In this document: positions 37,261 to 50,439 of the stretch, piece by piece
How positions within the stretch are numbered: the stretch's first letter is position 1
How the letters are laid out: every line of letters starts with the position of its first letter
From: Iphione sp. A-MEVVRFRX5
Taxonomy: Eukaryota
Assembly (NCBI GenBank): GCA_976226885.1
Contig: OZ320319.1
Coordinates: 65,348,001-65,412,000 of the forward strand
DNA length: 64,000 bases
Direction: 5' to 3'
Notes under the pieces: generated by a model
What the model saw: only the letters and a program-made list of their open reading frames with translations
Database searches by the model: none
What the model was told of the DNA's origin: nothing
Made by a program: the position numbers and the translations under genes

Positions 37261-39787
37261 GTGACTTCTTTTCGGCGACTTAAACCGCCCTCAGTATACA
37301 AATTGAATGTTAGATCTTCTACGCCATTGATCGTTCTTTGCTCTATCTCACACGAAACAGCCTAAAGGACCCTGCAGATAGTGAATACCCGCGAGATGAA
37401 GCCACTCCACTGGGGGTAAGGATTTTACCGCCTGTCTTTACGGTCTTTGGATCCTTATCGAGACATGACTTAGAGGCGCGTTGTAGTTTGATTGTTCCTC
37501 GTCCTCCCAATTTTCAGGGATAAACACAACAAGGTGGCACTAGATTGAAGGTTAAATAAATGGAAGCCGTACTCAACTGATAAAAACGTATCTTAAACGG
37601 CGCTGCGTCGGTAAGAGAGCCCGTCTTTAATTTGAGAGCATTCTCCTAAGAGTTTAAAAGTTTACGGTGAAGCACTGGGGCTTAGTTTTGTTAATTAGAG
37701 TGTAATAAAACAGGTACCTGTAATTAAATACGGAAATAAAACAATATCAAATTATGCAGGAGGAAGGAAATTATGGTGACATGAAGACTGATTGCAGAAA
37801 TATCCTTGAACAGAACGACTGAAACTTCGGGATTAAACAGAACAAAAAGGAAAGGACGCCAGTGATAAAATGTCTTAACCTAAGAATACATGCATGATCA
37901 TTCAACCCTTTGAATCTGCTGGCACTCTGAACTTTAGTACAGTTGTATTGAAATGTCGACCAATTACGAGGCCCCGATGCCCTAAAGGCAGCGCTGATTT
38001 AACAAATGGGGAAGTACTCAGACGGCACGGTATACAAAACGAGGGGCAGCCCCTACTCCCGAAAAAGGGCGCCTATGAAAATTACCAGGGTAGGAAGCAG
38101 TGAAGAGGAGTCACATAGTCGGTAGTGTTTCGGAGGAAGTGGTAGCTGGGGCTGTGGGTGACGTGGCCGGCAAGAAAAGCGATCGGCATCAGAGCCCCCG
38201 ACAATTGAACGGCCTGGACCATTGTCCTAGCCGTGTCGTGGGCGGACCACGCTGACAAATGGTCCCGCTGCTCTGGGCTCTGATCCGGCCCGCTCGAGCG
38301 GGCAATTACCACGCAACCGCCGAGATCACTGCTTGAGCCTCGGGTCGCACGGGCAGATCGCCGTCATAATTCGACGCAGAAGCCGCCCAGGTTGTCCACC
38401 TTGCTGGACTACAGAACGGAGTGAGCATGGTTCAGAATACCTGCAAGGCTTTTAGGTGCAAGGCTGTCAAGCAGACAGGTGCGTGGGAGATGAGACCTCC
38501 GTCCTCGGGTACAATAGCAGCCAAACCTAGGTGCATTGGCACGTCGACACTGCAGTTGAGCTGCTTACAGCGTTAATTTGTTTCAATGCATGATGAAGGT
38601 CAGTGGACGTCGTCTGGGTGGAAACCATGACAGACCTTTTATCAAGGGTCTGAGTGCGTCATCAGTTTTCATGTCTGCGTGCGTGCGAATGAGTCGGCTT
38701 CTATTGGGCTTTCCCTTTAAGCTGGCACTGGCTCTGCTGGCCTGCAGATGACAGATATAACTGAGGCCTGTGTGCCTAGATTAGTCCTGACATTACAGAG
38801 GAATGCGACCAATGATAGCAACGACGCTTGTGCATACCCAGACATTACTTACAGCGACGTGATGAATAACGTCATGTAGCCAAATCGCGACCCCTTATAA
38901 TAGTAGATTTAAAACATCTATCCAGTTCCTTGAATGCACTCGAGTACCTTGAACGCCTTTTCGTAAGAATCGTGTGCAAACGAGATGGTAGAATATACCG
39001 ATTTAGTTTAGAGATATCTTTTTTGAGTGACTTTTATATTTTCAGTTTAATTGTCGAGAACCCCTGGCTTTTCATCTCGTGTCCTTCTCTAACAGATGCA
39101 AGTAACTACCAACACATATACAATGGCCACTACAACTGGACACATTTATTGGCACAGACGACAACAAAGCGTTCACAATCAGATCAGAACAACGAAGAGA
39201 ATGTGACATTTCAGTGTGAGATGGTATATTTTTAGGTGCAAAAACAAGAGAAAAATTAAGAAAGACAGGATTATGGGGGAAGTGATGATAAAATCAAGCA
39301 ACAAGCTCCAACATACTGATATCCTGATAGATGTCTGTCCTGGATCAATTGCCGGGTTTTGCAGACACCAATTATAGGATAATCTCAGATAGTCAATTTG
39401 GGTTGATGAAGAATAGGGGCATTTGCATATTCAAGCTTATTGAAATCTGTTTGTGTTGATGTAAATCAAGGAAGATATTGTGCTTGTGCCTTTTTTTACA
39501 TGAGCAAAGCGTTTGATTTGTTTTATTATTCCCTTTTGTTGCAGAAGTTTAGTAACTATGGTTACCGCGACAGTACTTTAATGCTGTTAAAATTCTATTT
39601 GGATTCACGTAATCAGTGAAATGTAATCAGACGTCAGAGAAATTCGTATGGGGTTCCTCAAGGATCTTTACTGGGGCCCTGGATGTTTATAATGTTAATA
39701 AACGATTTGGTTTCATATCAGTTTCCATCTAGGATGATACTCCACGCTGACAATGTCACCTAATACTGCTGGGGAGCCAATGCCTTA

Positions 39788-40097
39788 GGCCTAATAAAAA
39801 AACGTTCTAGTAACCTGACCAACCCTACTTTAGAGGAAATTGTAACTTTATTATATTTCTTGTTTTTTTAATACTTAAGAATGAATAATGGTAGAGACGC
39901 ATACAATACAGCATGTCGTTCCTAAAACCATTATCTTTTATGTGACTTTCATATGATGTATGTTTCATTAAAATCTAAGCACTAGAAGTGATAGTACCAT
40001 GTACACGTGTTCTTATTAGGATACGTTAACCGTTGAAAAAAATCTGACTGACCCGCTTTTTTCAGTATGTTACCAAAAACACAGAACTTTTTATGCT
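39788..40097. mobile_element. PIF/Harbinger-type MITE (310 bp)
   Basis: TSD TTA (39785-87, 40098-100); left end GGCCTAATAAAAAAAC..GTAACCTGACC; removal restores the LINE frame. Confidence 0.8.
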
Positions 40098-40127
40098 TTA
40101 GCTTTAATCAGAGAGACTCAGCATACA

Positions 40128-42029
40128 TTAGACAGAGTAGCTCAATGATGCAATAACAATGGCGTAAAACTTGAAATTTATAAACTTTGGGGCAGAGGGA
40201 AGGCGTGAAAGGGCGTCAGCCACTATCATTTTCTCCCCGGGGATGTGAGAAAATACCAATGAAACGTTGAACTTCGCCGCCCGGTACCAAACGGCTCTCA
40301 AAATCCTAGAGAGAAAGGCATCCCTTGTCTTGCCCGTGGTGAGGACTGAAATAGTAGCGATATTGTCGCAAAATAATTCAATCCTGGAGTTCTGATTGAA
40401 TTGTCCTATGAACAGATGCACAGCTACGGCGGTATTGAAGGCCTCAAGTTGTGATATTGGCAGGTGTGCGAGTGGTGGAGGGATGGCCTGTGAATAATAG
40501 AATTTTGAACTGTAAGCACCCATGCCAATCAGGGATGCGTCACAATAAATGGAATCCATTATTGTTGGGGGAGGGATAAGGCGGACACCATTGAAATGAG
40601 GGAGATACAATTGGAACCACCTAAGGTCCCGTTTAACTGGTTCGGACAATTTAATCTGCTTGGAGTCTACAGCGGCGGAAGCCCTGATCTCCTGTAACAT
40701 AGAATTAATGAAGAACCTGGCTGGAGGTGAGCATTTGACTATGTGATTTATTAGTCCGATTAGTCTCTGGGCATGCTTAAGATTAATGGACGATGCAGTT
40801 TCAATGTCCCGTAATAACTGGAGTAGCTCATTGATTTTGCTGGTGGGAATGGACATAGTACGGGTATGAGTATCAAATGTTATCCCTAACCATGTCAGTG
40901 AATGGGTGGGGGCTACGCATTTCTCGTGAGCGAGTTGGAGGCCTAGCTGGGATATCAATAGCTGTGTGTAAGAGAAGGCTTGGGTTATTTCTTCATAAGA
41001 GTCAGAGATTAGTATATAATCATCTAAATAGGCAAAGGTAGAGACAGCACGAAACCTATGTGCGACATGATTAATAATGACTGAAGATAATTCTTGAAGA
41101 AGTAAAGAGGAGTATCTAGTCCCGAAGGGGAGGGATAGATCAAGAAAATAATGGTTTTGAAAAGAGAATGTTAACAACGGCCAATCTAACGGATCGACTG
41201 GGAAGTATCTGTAGGCTCGTTTTAGGTCTAAGGACGCCAAGAAAACAGGGGTGATGGAGGTAGAAATTATCCTAGCTAGGTCGTGAGGTGAGGGAAGTGA
41301 GACTTTGAGGGGAATAGTGAAATAATCGTTCTTGGGAATACCAGCATTGACATTAGAATGAGAAAGGTCGAAAATTACCCTTCTGTCGAGGGAGTCTTTT
41401 TTGGGCCTAGTCATAATTGGATTAAGGACCTGTGGGTTGGTGAAGGGATGGAATGTAAGTGGTCCATGTATCGCTCCCAGGGCTAACTCTGTGCAGATAT
41501 ATTTGTTAATGTGAGGATGGTCAACAGGGTCAGTGGGATACGGTGGGGTCGGGCAAGGGAGGCACGGAGCGGTATAACCTAGGGGAAAACCATATCTTAA
41601 AAAATCACATAGTATGGTAGCTTTATTACCAAGTGGTTCTAGTAGGGTGTACCAGTTCTGGAGGTTTATCTGGCTAGGTAGTTGAATTCTCGCTTCTAGA
41701 AAATTGGGGAGGCCTGACTGCCTCACTGCTGTGTAAACGGCTGAAATATGATAAGGAACATCAGTGGCCACAGAGGGCCAGTTGAAATGGTGATGGGCGA
41801 TCATTTGGTAGTGGGACCTGGAGATAGAATATGTATCGTTAATCGGGTGACATTGTTCATGGATAGCCCATACATCGTATGTGTCGTGGCTATCGTCCGA
41901 GTGTTGTATCACCATTCCTGCGGATCCTGGCGCTGCTGGCGTTGGTCCGTCTGTTGTGTGCTTGACCATGGCTTGGGCTGCTGACGGTCCTGTTGGTTCT
42001 GTTGTAGAGCCTTCTTCGTTGACCTGCAT
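40128..42029 (-). CDS. Reverse transcriptase-RNase H ORF2 of Ngaro element (633 aa; last ~18 aa come from antisense LINE sequence)
   Basis: SGLPNFLEARI..FLRYGFPLGY, LASLDLKRAYRYFP, LPFGTRYS, YLDDY; RH motifs IYCDAS, QLEA, FCDN, HIPGEKMIVADALSR. Confidence 0.95.
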   Translation of the reverse strand: MQVNEEGSTTEPTGPSAAQAMVKHTTDGPTPAAPGSAGMVIQHSDDSHDTYDVWAIHEQCHPINDTYSISRSHYQMIAHHHFNWPSVATDVPYHISAVYTAVRQSGLPNFLEARIQLPSQINLQNWYTLLEPLGNKATILCDFLRYGFPLGYTAPCLPCPTPPYPTDPVDHPHINKYICTELALGAIHGPLTFHPFTNPQVLNPIMTRPKKDSLDRRVIFDLSHSNVNAGIPKNDYFTIPLKVSLPSPHDLARIISTSITPVFLASLDLKRAYRYFPVDPLDWPLLTFSFQNHYFLDLSLPFGTRYSSLLLQELSSVIINHVAHRFRAVSTFAYLDDYILISDSYEEITQAFSYTQLLISQLGLQLAHEKCVAPTHSLTWLGITFDTHTRTMSIPTSKINELLQLLRDIETASSINLKHAQRLIGLINHIVKCSPPARFFINSMLQEIRASAAVDSKQIKLSEPVKRDLRWFQLYLPHFNGVRLIPPPTIMDSIYCDASLIGMGAYSSKFYYSQAIPPPLAHLPISQLEAFNTAVAVHLFIGQFNQNSRIELFCDNIATISVLTTGKTRDAFLSRILRAVWYRAAKFNVSLVFSHIPGEKMIVADALSRLPSAPKFINFKFYAIVIASLSYSV

Positions 42030-43031
42030 TGGTCTAATTTGTGTTCGAGCTGTTTATTGTGAATCAAAAGGCAAAATGGGCAAATATGAGACAAAGAAAT
42101 ATCGTGTACCAGATGGGCAGAGTTTTCGTTACATTTGCCTGTATACCATGCAGGGCATGGGATGACTGAGTCTTTCTGCTGGCTTGGGGCATCTCGTGTA
42201 CTACTAGTGTGGGCATTAATGCAGCATTGCTTTATGGACTCAATTCTGGCTGTATCTGACCATGTTAACCTATCGTTACCAGTGAGATGCCATAATTCAA
42301 CTAGCCAGTCCCTAACAGGTGTCCATCCACTAGCTTGGACCTCCTCAGCGGTGTCACGTATGTGGCTAACGAGAGTTAATATGTCAGCTGGATAGACAAT
42401 TGAGGGGTCAAGAAGCATACCCATTATAGCAGAAACATATTGTGGGAAGGTAATTTTCCTTAGGTCTGGTTTATCAGTCTCTGAGAGAACGACATATGAC
42501 ACTGGGTTCGGTCGTGCCATTTTCTTACCTACAGTCTCAAGAGCGGCAGGATACATATGGGTGAATATTTCTTGAATTTTCGATGCAGCCTCAGACTTGA
42601 GGGCGGCTGGCTGTGGTGGTGGTGAGTCGCTTGAGTTGTCTTCCCCAATGGGTGTGCTTGTACCGGCAGCAGAGGTGGACTGGCCTTCAGCCATTTTGGC
42701 CGCGGCAGCCCGTGTGGTGACGGCTGGAGTGGGATTTTTCTTGGACTTCCCCTTGGACTCCTTCTGTTCAGTCGGCTCCAAGCGTTCCAAACGATCCTCA
42801 ATGGATTTCATCTTCTCCAGCATTTTGAGTAATATCTCACCGTCTTCCTCCGAGATACCTTTCTGTGGGTCCGGCATGATTGTAGCAGCTTAGTAACGTC
42901 TGACCCGTGCGAAGTCAAATCAGCGAATGCATATTCTAAATATAGCGGTCACCTCGCTACTGGTCAACCACAACAGGTGGCGACTCTATATCTTCAATCG
43001 TAATACCATGCGATCCCTCTAGGGAGTAGCT
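40186..43031 (-). mobile_element. Ngaro/DIRS-type retrotransposon, truncated, lacking tyrosine recombinase and 3' repeats
   Basis: About 154-nt leader, Gag ORF and overlapping RT-RH ORF; boundaries defined by resumption of the host LINE frame; AAC (GTT on minus) at both junctions. Confidence 0.85.
41909..42877 (-). CDS. Gag-like ORF1 of Ngaro element (322 aa)
   Basis: Uninterrupted ORF; N-terminal coiled coil; C-terminal Cys/His finger PCPAWYTGKCNE..H..SHICPFC..H..EH...QC typical of Ngaro/DIRS Gag; overlaps RT ORF by 121 nt. Confidence 0.85.
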   Translation of the reverse strand: MPDPQKGISEEDGEILLKMLEKMKSIEDRLERLEPTEQKESKGKSKKNPTPAVTTRAAAAKMAEGQSTSAAGTSTPIGEDNSSDSPPPQPAALKSEAASKIQEIFTHMYPAALETVGKKMARPNPVSYVVLSETDKPDLRKITFPQYVSAIMGMLLDPSIVYPADILTLVSHIRDTAEEVQASGWTPVRDWLVELWHLTGNDRLTWSDTARIESIKQCCINAHTSSTRDAPSQQKDSVIPCPAWYTGKCNENSAHLVHDISLSHICPFCLLIHNKQLEHKLDQCRSTKKALQQNQQDRQQPKPWSSTQQTDQRQQRQDPQEW

Positions 43032-46000
43032 AACAAATACTTATGTTTTAGGCTATTGCGTATGAGCTAGTTTTAAAAATCGGATTGGGTACAGTGGAGA
43101 AAGTATCAACTTTCAGATGTTTAGGCTACATTTTGGATGAAAAAACTTTCTTCGAAAGCTTAAATTGGAGCCAGAATGAGGAAATTGTGCTTGAAAATTT
43201 TTCTTCTCAGCCGAGCTCAAGCTATACTGGACATCAAAATGAGTATAAATGTGTTCTCAGCTTGTTTTCTGTCTGTTCTAGATTATGGTCTGATTTTTTA
43301 AGCTGGGGCGTCTAGAACTTTATGGGATAAATTGAGTATATGTACTTGTATATTATTAATCAAAGGAGTAAGGAAGTGTTGAATGGGAACACCAACATCA
43401 ATAGATGAGGTTCCTAGGTGGATGAGGAGAAATAGGATGATAACTGTTACTGAGAGGATGGAATATTATATGTCCCTATCTGTGTTTGGATTGCAGGGTG
43501 ATGATGCACAGGCAAATAGACGTGGAAGCCTCACTGGGTAATCGTCAACCAACCGTATTAAAGTGGCTCATCCTAAACCAATATTACGTAATAGCTTCAT
43601 TATGTTGGAAAGGACTCCACTGTAGTATAAGGAGACTTGATAAGCCATCCTTTAAAGGTCGAATCAAAAGTAAAATCTTAGGGTGGTAAAGGCCAATAAA
43701 CGTGTAGGCATATACATGTACTCGTTAAGTGAACTTATGAGTATTGATTGAAAATCACCATTGTATTAGGTACAATCAAGATCTCCACAAACAATACATT
43801 ATACCATAAAATAATGGATATCATACATATTCTACCCTCTTGGCATCGCGGCCTGATTGACAAGTAGCTGCTTATTTGAGCCATATGCTACTGTAGCATA
43901 TAATTTTACATGTACACTGTACATACAGAGATATTCGCTTGGGATATTTCCTGGAAGTGAAGAATTCGATCTTAGCCCAGACGCCTGGCAAATAGCAGGA
44001 AACGCATGAGTACCTGCTACTGATATATATCATGATAGAAAATATTTTTTAAAACCTGGGGGAAAAGAAGTAAACGTTCTCCAATAAAAGGACATCCCAA
44101 CTATTGATCGGACACAACAGCAGATGGAGAGGCTAAGTGTTCGACGCCATCTCTGGGGAACCTCACCGGGCTATTGGTCAGAGGGGAAATATAGGCTTTT
44201 ACAATAAGGCACAGAGTGGAACCATAGGCATTGCAACTGAATAAAATATTAATCTGATGTGAAGGAATGCGTTCGCAGGTCATGATACCAATAAGGTAGC
44301 CTCCCAGGGTGGCTGATAGGTTTCGCAGGGGAACAGAGATAGAGGTGAAAGGCAGAGCACACACGTCAAATCACTCCAGTCGTCCTAGAAATATTCCCTC
44401 TCAACAGGAAAAGGTTGTAAAGAATTGGATAGTCGTCTTTTTTGGATGCACATACGGGTGGTTGGGTTTAGAATAATACTATCTTTCATGCTCTAATGTT
44501 TGTATGATGCAATATTCCTTTCTCACTCAGAGATGGACGCGAACCTATTGCTGGTCTGCAGGGTGATACCAAGGGCGGATCTGTCAGTGTAGACGTGGAG
44601 AGGAGGTGGGGCGCGGGGGGCTCCTCCCCTAGACACCCATATAAGCACCCCTCCAAGGAGGTATCGTTGATCTCCGCAGATCGATCACTCAGACCCTTTT
44701 CCTGGCGATAGATTAAAGGAAGAACGGCCGATTGAACTATCGGGGTATCCGTAAATGTATTAAGAGCAGGTAACTCTTGGGGGTCAGAATAAATTGCGGG
44801 AGGCTATCCTGAGACAATACGTGGGCAGAAATCATTTGCAACAGCAAATAAATACCTTGCAGTGTAGGGAAATTCGTTCTGCAGTGACGCATCGATGTCG
44901 AGAACTGAACGAACTGGTTGAAAAGATAGAGCAAGAGAGGAAAATAGAGCCACGGTGGGACAGCGACGATTGAATGGTCATAATATTTGCTTATGTCCAT
45001 GGAAACAAGCATCTAATGGATCATATACTGTAGGGATGTTACACAGTAAACTGTGGATGTGTCAGCCTGGCGTGCAGATGTATTATCTTCTCAAAGTTGG
45101 TCTTCTCTATTCTCTTATATTTCTCACGTTGCTGTATGTAGCGTTTTACTAGTTGACATATACTTTACCATATTGAGTGAACAGAAAAGGGAAAGCAGTA
45201 TATGTAGTTCACCATGCCTTGAACCATTCATGGACTATGTGTTTTACGAATGATTTGAAAAAGAAGCTAAGTCTTCTCTCCATCTGTGATCACATCCCAT
45301 TTCACTGGGAAAAACAGTGAGGACTACATTAGCCCATTTTTGTTTCAAAGGAAGTTTTTTTTAGATTCATGGCTTACTCTGTCCGGATGGTCGGATCAAA
45401 TTAATTGAATTACTGAAAGGCGGTGTTTACGATACTGGATAGAAGCACTCCTAAAAAACACTTTCCCGTCGACTTAGAGTGTTCAATTGCCTCGCTCTGC
45501 TAAGTAGTTGCCAAATTAATCTAACCCTCATCTGATTCACTTCGATCGCCAACGAACAAGTTATCCTTTTGCTACGATGCATAGGATGATAGCAAGCAAA
45601 AAAGTAAATGGCCTTTTACTTTGCTGATCTTGGAGTTTTTTTTTTTTGTTTTTTGGGGGGAGGGGGTAAACTTTATTGACAAAGTTACATGCTTGTTTAC
45701 GATCTGAGTTAAACCTTGAAAGGCATCTTTCAGCAGGCTAGTTTTATCAACTGTGATGACAAATCATGTAGGACATGTATGCATATCTTGAATAACGCAC
45801 CAATTAGTGGTGGCCCAGCCATCAAAATTATCCCAACTACTCAGCGGAGTGGTATCATGTGAAAATGCAGATGACAATTCCACATAATAGTCGACGACCT
45901 GTGGCCGCACAACCCTTTTTCCTCATCAGCATGCACAAAATACTCTCAGTGAGCTGGCCTCTACCCATCTCGATGAGATCTAGGTGGACTGCCGACGGAG

Positions 46001-49000
46001 TATGGACTAACTGATCTCCGGTTTCGCGCGCCCCGCCACTACCTATTGCGCAAATAGAGCCGCGATGAGAGTGTGCCGTTTGCGACGTGCCCGCCGTAGC
46101 CTGCAATGGCTTCCTTCTGCATGTGACGCAGTAACTACTACACGTTACTACAGCTTAGACTTACTGGAACAAATGTTTCCAGAGAGAGTCAGTCATATCT
46201 GACATCCCTTCAAATTGCCGCCTCGTCTTATATTAATTTTCATCTATTTAGTTTGAGTAATATGCAGGAACAGTGTGAAGGCGGAAGCTTATACATGTAT
46301 TTTAGCCTTTGTAGCTTAAGATGCAGGTGTATGTTAAAATGTTCAGTGCTTGCCTGAATACCTCAAATTAAAGAGGACACACAAAGGAAGAACATGCGTC
46401 CATACCGTTGTTAAAAATGCCATTTTCTCCCTTCATATCACATTAGGATTACCTTTCCCTTCAAGAATGGACGGGGTGGCGATCACACGCACTTCCGGGG
46501 TGTCACACACGCATACGCACAGCTCCGTTTCTAGACAAACCAGTAGAAGAAAGAAAAGTATGTATGTTTGTGCGCGTGTCCGTCTACAAGTCTATCTGTA
46601 TGTAATTTTCAGCAATCTAGCATAAAATCCCGCCGAGGTCACTGAATCTGAACAGATTTGGAGCAAAATTTCACAAACTTTCCATGATGACAACATTTTG
46701 GACAATTTAATCTAAGTGTCACTAGCTCCACTAGAGCTTCCATATTCATCCCTAGCCTGTCTCTGTTTTGTTTTCCTACTCCTATCCTAAATTACACGGT
46801 CATGTATGAAAAAGGGGAACATGTGTTATATGAATTTAGCTCCTCTGGCATTCGCACTGGGCAGATAGCTCTACGTCAGCAGAAAACCGGTGCCTTGTTC
46901 AGCGTCGAGCTACAATGGTGGCCCAAGGCCATCCTGTCAAATCTTCTTCTAAGGGTACTTTATACGCAAGAAGGATCCCACGAATAGCCCATATTGGGAC
47001 GCTGTCTGCATACGTTTGATAACGTTCTCGTGGTAAGAGAAGAACTGTGCACACAGAAATATTACCATTCTTTCAAAAGCAGTTAGCTAATTTTACTAGC
47101 AAAATGACGCAGAATCATCAATAATTAAGCTTTTCGTTATATCAGTGAAAATCGAGATACCCTTAGAGATATGCACTTAAACGACCAAAACGAAAAACCT
47201 AGGAAAGCTTTATGTACACAACTATGGCATTGGCAGCTGCAAATGGAAGAGTTAGGTGTACGACAGAAGAAATGCTTCACATCAAGTCCTTCACTGTGAA
47301 TAAGTGAGAATCCTTCCATGCCAAAGATAAATGTATCTGAAAAGGCTACAAGTAATCTGTAAATGAGTAAAAGCTTTAACAAAAGAGAAGCCTTACTTAA
47401 AACCATTTAGAGCAATCATCATTGAAAAGGGACCTTCTGAGCAAAAGGATAAAAACCTATAAGTTGTCATGGGAATGGTGATACTAACATGGACGACAAG
47501 TCTGCTTCTCTGCAAATTTGATAAGATTTCCTTAATTTTTGAACCACATTCCAAAATCATCTCTCTGATGAAATGTTGTTTCGCTCCGCAGAACTTGAGT
47601 ATTGAAAATGAAAAGACCTTGTCAATGAATTTTTGACATCGAAGGTGAACGGGGCCATTTCTTTCTGAAAGCACAGTATAACTGACGTGAATTAACCGCC
47701 ATCTTTGGATGAGGCCTTTACAGGAAATGTAAGGTGACATGAAGGCGCAATGTGATATCTTCCATAAAATTTGAGGAGACAAAGCGCTCATGCAGTGTAA
47801 CCTAGGTAAAGTGGTAGTGAAATGCAGAACGAGGCCTGATGCTGTCATGGTGATGAACGTACCATTAACCAACTCTCTGGCGGCTTATCCACTTGACTGT
47901 TTCGGCCACACTCAAAATCACTTCCCTTCATCACCGATTTGCCACCTATGCATGATGTAAAGCATGGGGGATCGAGCAATGTAATTATCGTGCTTTTGTC
48001 ATTGGTGTTTGGTCAATTGATGCGGAATATCTGAAGCGCTAGTGTAGAGAAGCCGATGTATAAAACACGACAGACAGGCCTCTTGTGCCTGCTGTGCTGG
48101 TATTACATGACCATTTTTCATTTCGACCTCAAGTACTTGATGATAACTCTATAAACATGATGGCTTCCAAATGTCTATGTACGTATGTATGTATCTATCT
48201 ATATATATATTGAATATAAGTATTATATGTGTATATGTCGTAATGTTGTCTATGTATATTGAATGTATATTGAATTACCTCACACATAAACACAGATTGG
48301 GGGGAATAACACACAATCAGGTTTTATTAATCAAAAGAAAAATCTCGATCTGAATGAAGGTTGTTACCCCTAGCATTCCATTATACACAGTATGTCACCA
48401 TGAAACGTCACCAGAGTCACTCTGTTGGCTTGTAGAACATAACAGCATTGTCTTGTTGCCACATCAATAACCAAATAAACGCCTTATTTGTTATATATAC
48501 ACGCATACACATATATTGATCAATGCATTTCCATATCGGTGTGGTCTTGCCTCACTAACGAATCATGTTATTCATCGTTAGACATCAGTTTTCCCTTTGA
48601 TTAAAAAACAAAATGCATGTTTCACTGACTTTGTCCTTTCAAGAACTACCGTTTCGCGCCATTACATACATTTGTATAAATGTATGTATATCACATAGTC
48701 CTCAATTACTCTACCTGTGCCCTTTGACCTATCCCATTATATGATTCCTTCCCTGTCCTTTTCAATGCTATCCCGCAAGTACCTTTAGTTGTGAGGCCCA
48801 TTCCCTTTAAAGTCTGGTTTAACACTTATGAGTTCACTTAAATGTTACAGTTTTGTTCCATGGCAATATAGCTTAAACTATAAACCCTCTTATCAGTCGC
48901 TGACTTGCGTTGCAATCACCCAACCTTACGTATATGTTTAAAGTATTTGAGTGGAAATTACAGAATTCTCTCCTACTCCACTAGTTCATCTACAATGAAC

Positions 49001-50439
49001 TAACATAGTTATTTGGTCTTCATATATTGCCGTGAGCACTACAAGCAACTATCAAGGGATGTTGATTAATCGCTTCAAGCAACAATTCCGTGCATACTCG
49101 ACAGAGGAAAAATTAAAGACATAATCACTGTGACTTAATAATATGTCGATCAAACTTTAATCATACGAGGGAAACTGTGACGAGATTCTAATTGTTGGAA
49201 ACAGTTCTTCCTGAATAAAAGCGGCCATTCATCCCTCTCTAACAAGAAAGTGCACCTCTAAGGTCTTCAATCAAGTAGAATCGATTGGTTCTGCTTGGAT
49301 AAGCAGGTTGAGACATCAAGTTCTGGATGCTCCCTCACCAGCTGGGCTATTTGGCGAACCCTGTAGCTCCTTGGGAAAACTTCTCTGATGTCTATGAGCA
49401 GTGTTTGGTTTTCCTTTTGGTTCATAAATCACTTCAAATGATACCAGCTCACATCATACCAAGAATTGTTTCATTTAACCTAGTGGATTAGGAGGAGATG
49501 GAAGCATAAGATCCTGACGGATGGTCAGTTGGGTCTCAGGTCTCCCGCTCTACGAAACGAAGGATAAAAAGGCATTTACACGGGATTGGGTGTGCATACC
49601 TGTCATATATCAAGTCATGTGGTATGAACAACGCCCTAGATTCACTACCCAAATATCACAGTCTTTTCACGTTGATATACTGTCTTAACAAGATCTATCA
49701 TTATGTAAAACATCTATTAAAAAACCTCACAATACCGACGGTGGTAATAACTAAATTATGATATGGATGATTCTATTAGAGAAACATTCTTGAGGCTAGA
49801 AGAACTCTGCAAAAGTAAACAGACATCTGCAGTTTCTATATTCTTGTCATCGACACCAGTCTCATTTCGGCTTCACTAATGAGAACAAGCGGAATGTGAG
49901 CCAGTCGGCATTGTTGGGCCAACGCACAATTATTACAAGACGATGAGGTCATTAAATAACACTAATAATTATGACAACTGCTCTTCGTTTGCCCTTTAAT
50001 AGTGACGAAATTCTTCTACAGCCTCTTCTCAGTAAGGAAGTTTCTTTGGAGTACTAATACTTCCATTACAGAGTTAGTTACTTGTATATATGTTGTGCTT
50101 AATGCTAATGATCTAGTATGTCCACACACTGCCGTTGCCTCTATGGTTTTACCGAAGCAGCCAGGTGCTTTCGTTTGTTTTAGCTCTTTGCAGCTGCTGT
50201 CGGCCTCTTGCAGATGTCGGCTCCCTACACTCATACGTCGCCTCATCCCCGATTGTTGTCTCACTGTTAAATGTACCCAAAACGTTCCTCTCTACCTTCA
50301 CGGCGTGTGCTTGCTAGGATAACTGCTGCATAAGTTTTTCCCTCCAGTAATAAGCAGCGGGCCTTTAATTTGCGCATGGGCTGCTCGTCTGCCCGCAGTG
50401 AGCAGCAGGTGGGGTTATTGTCTCTATACCACATCTGCT

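Larger units (their letters stand above)
39330..43560 (+). mobile_element. Decayed CR1/L2-group LINE RT, interrupted by a MITE (39788-40097) and a Ngaro element (40186-43031)
   Basis: QFGL...CAFFYMSKAFDL..YLDSRNQ*..YGVPQGSLLGPWMFIMLINDL..ILHADNVT*YCWGANAL|ALIRETQHTLDRVAQ*CNNNGVKLEIYK|QQILMF*..LKIGLGTVEKVSTFRCLGYILDEK, then ..SVLDYG after a frameshift. The frame is continuous across both junctions once the inserts are removed. Confidence 0.88.
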
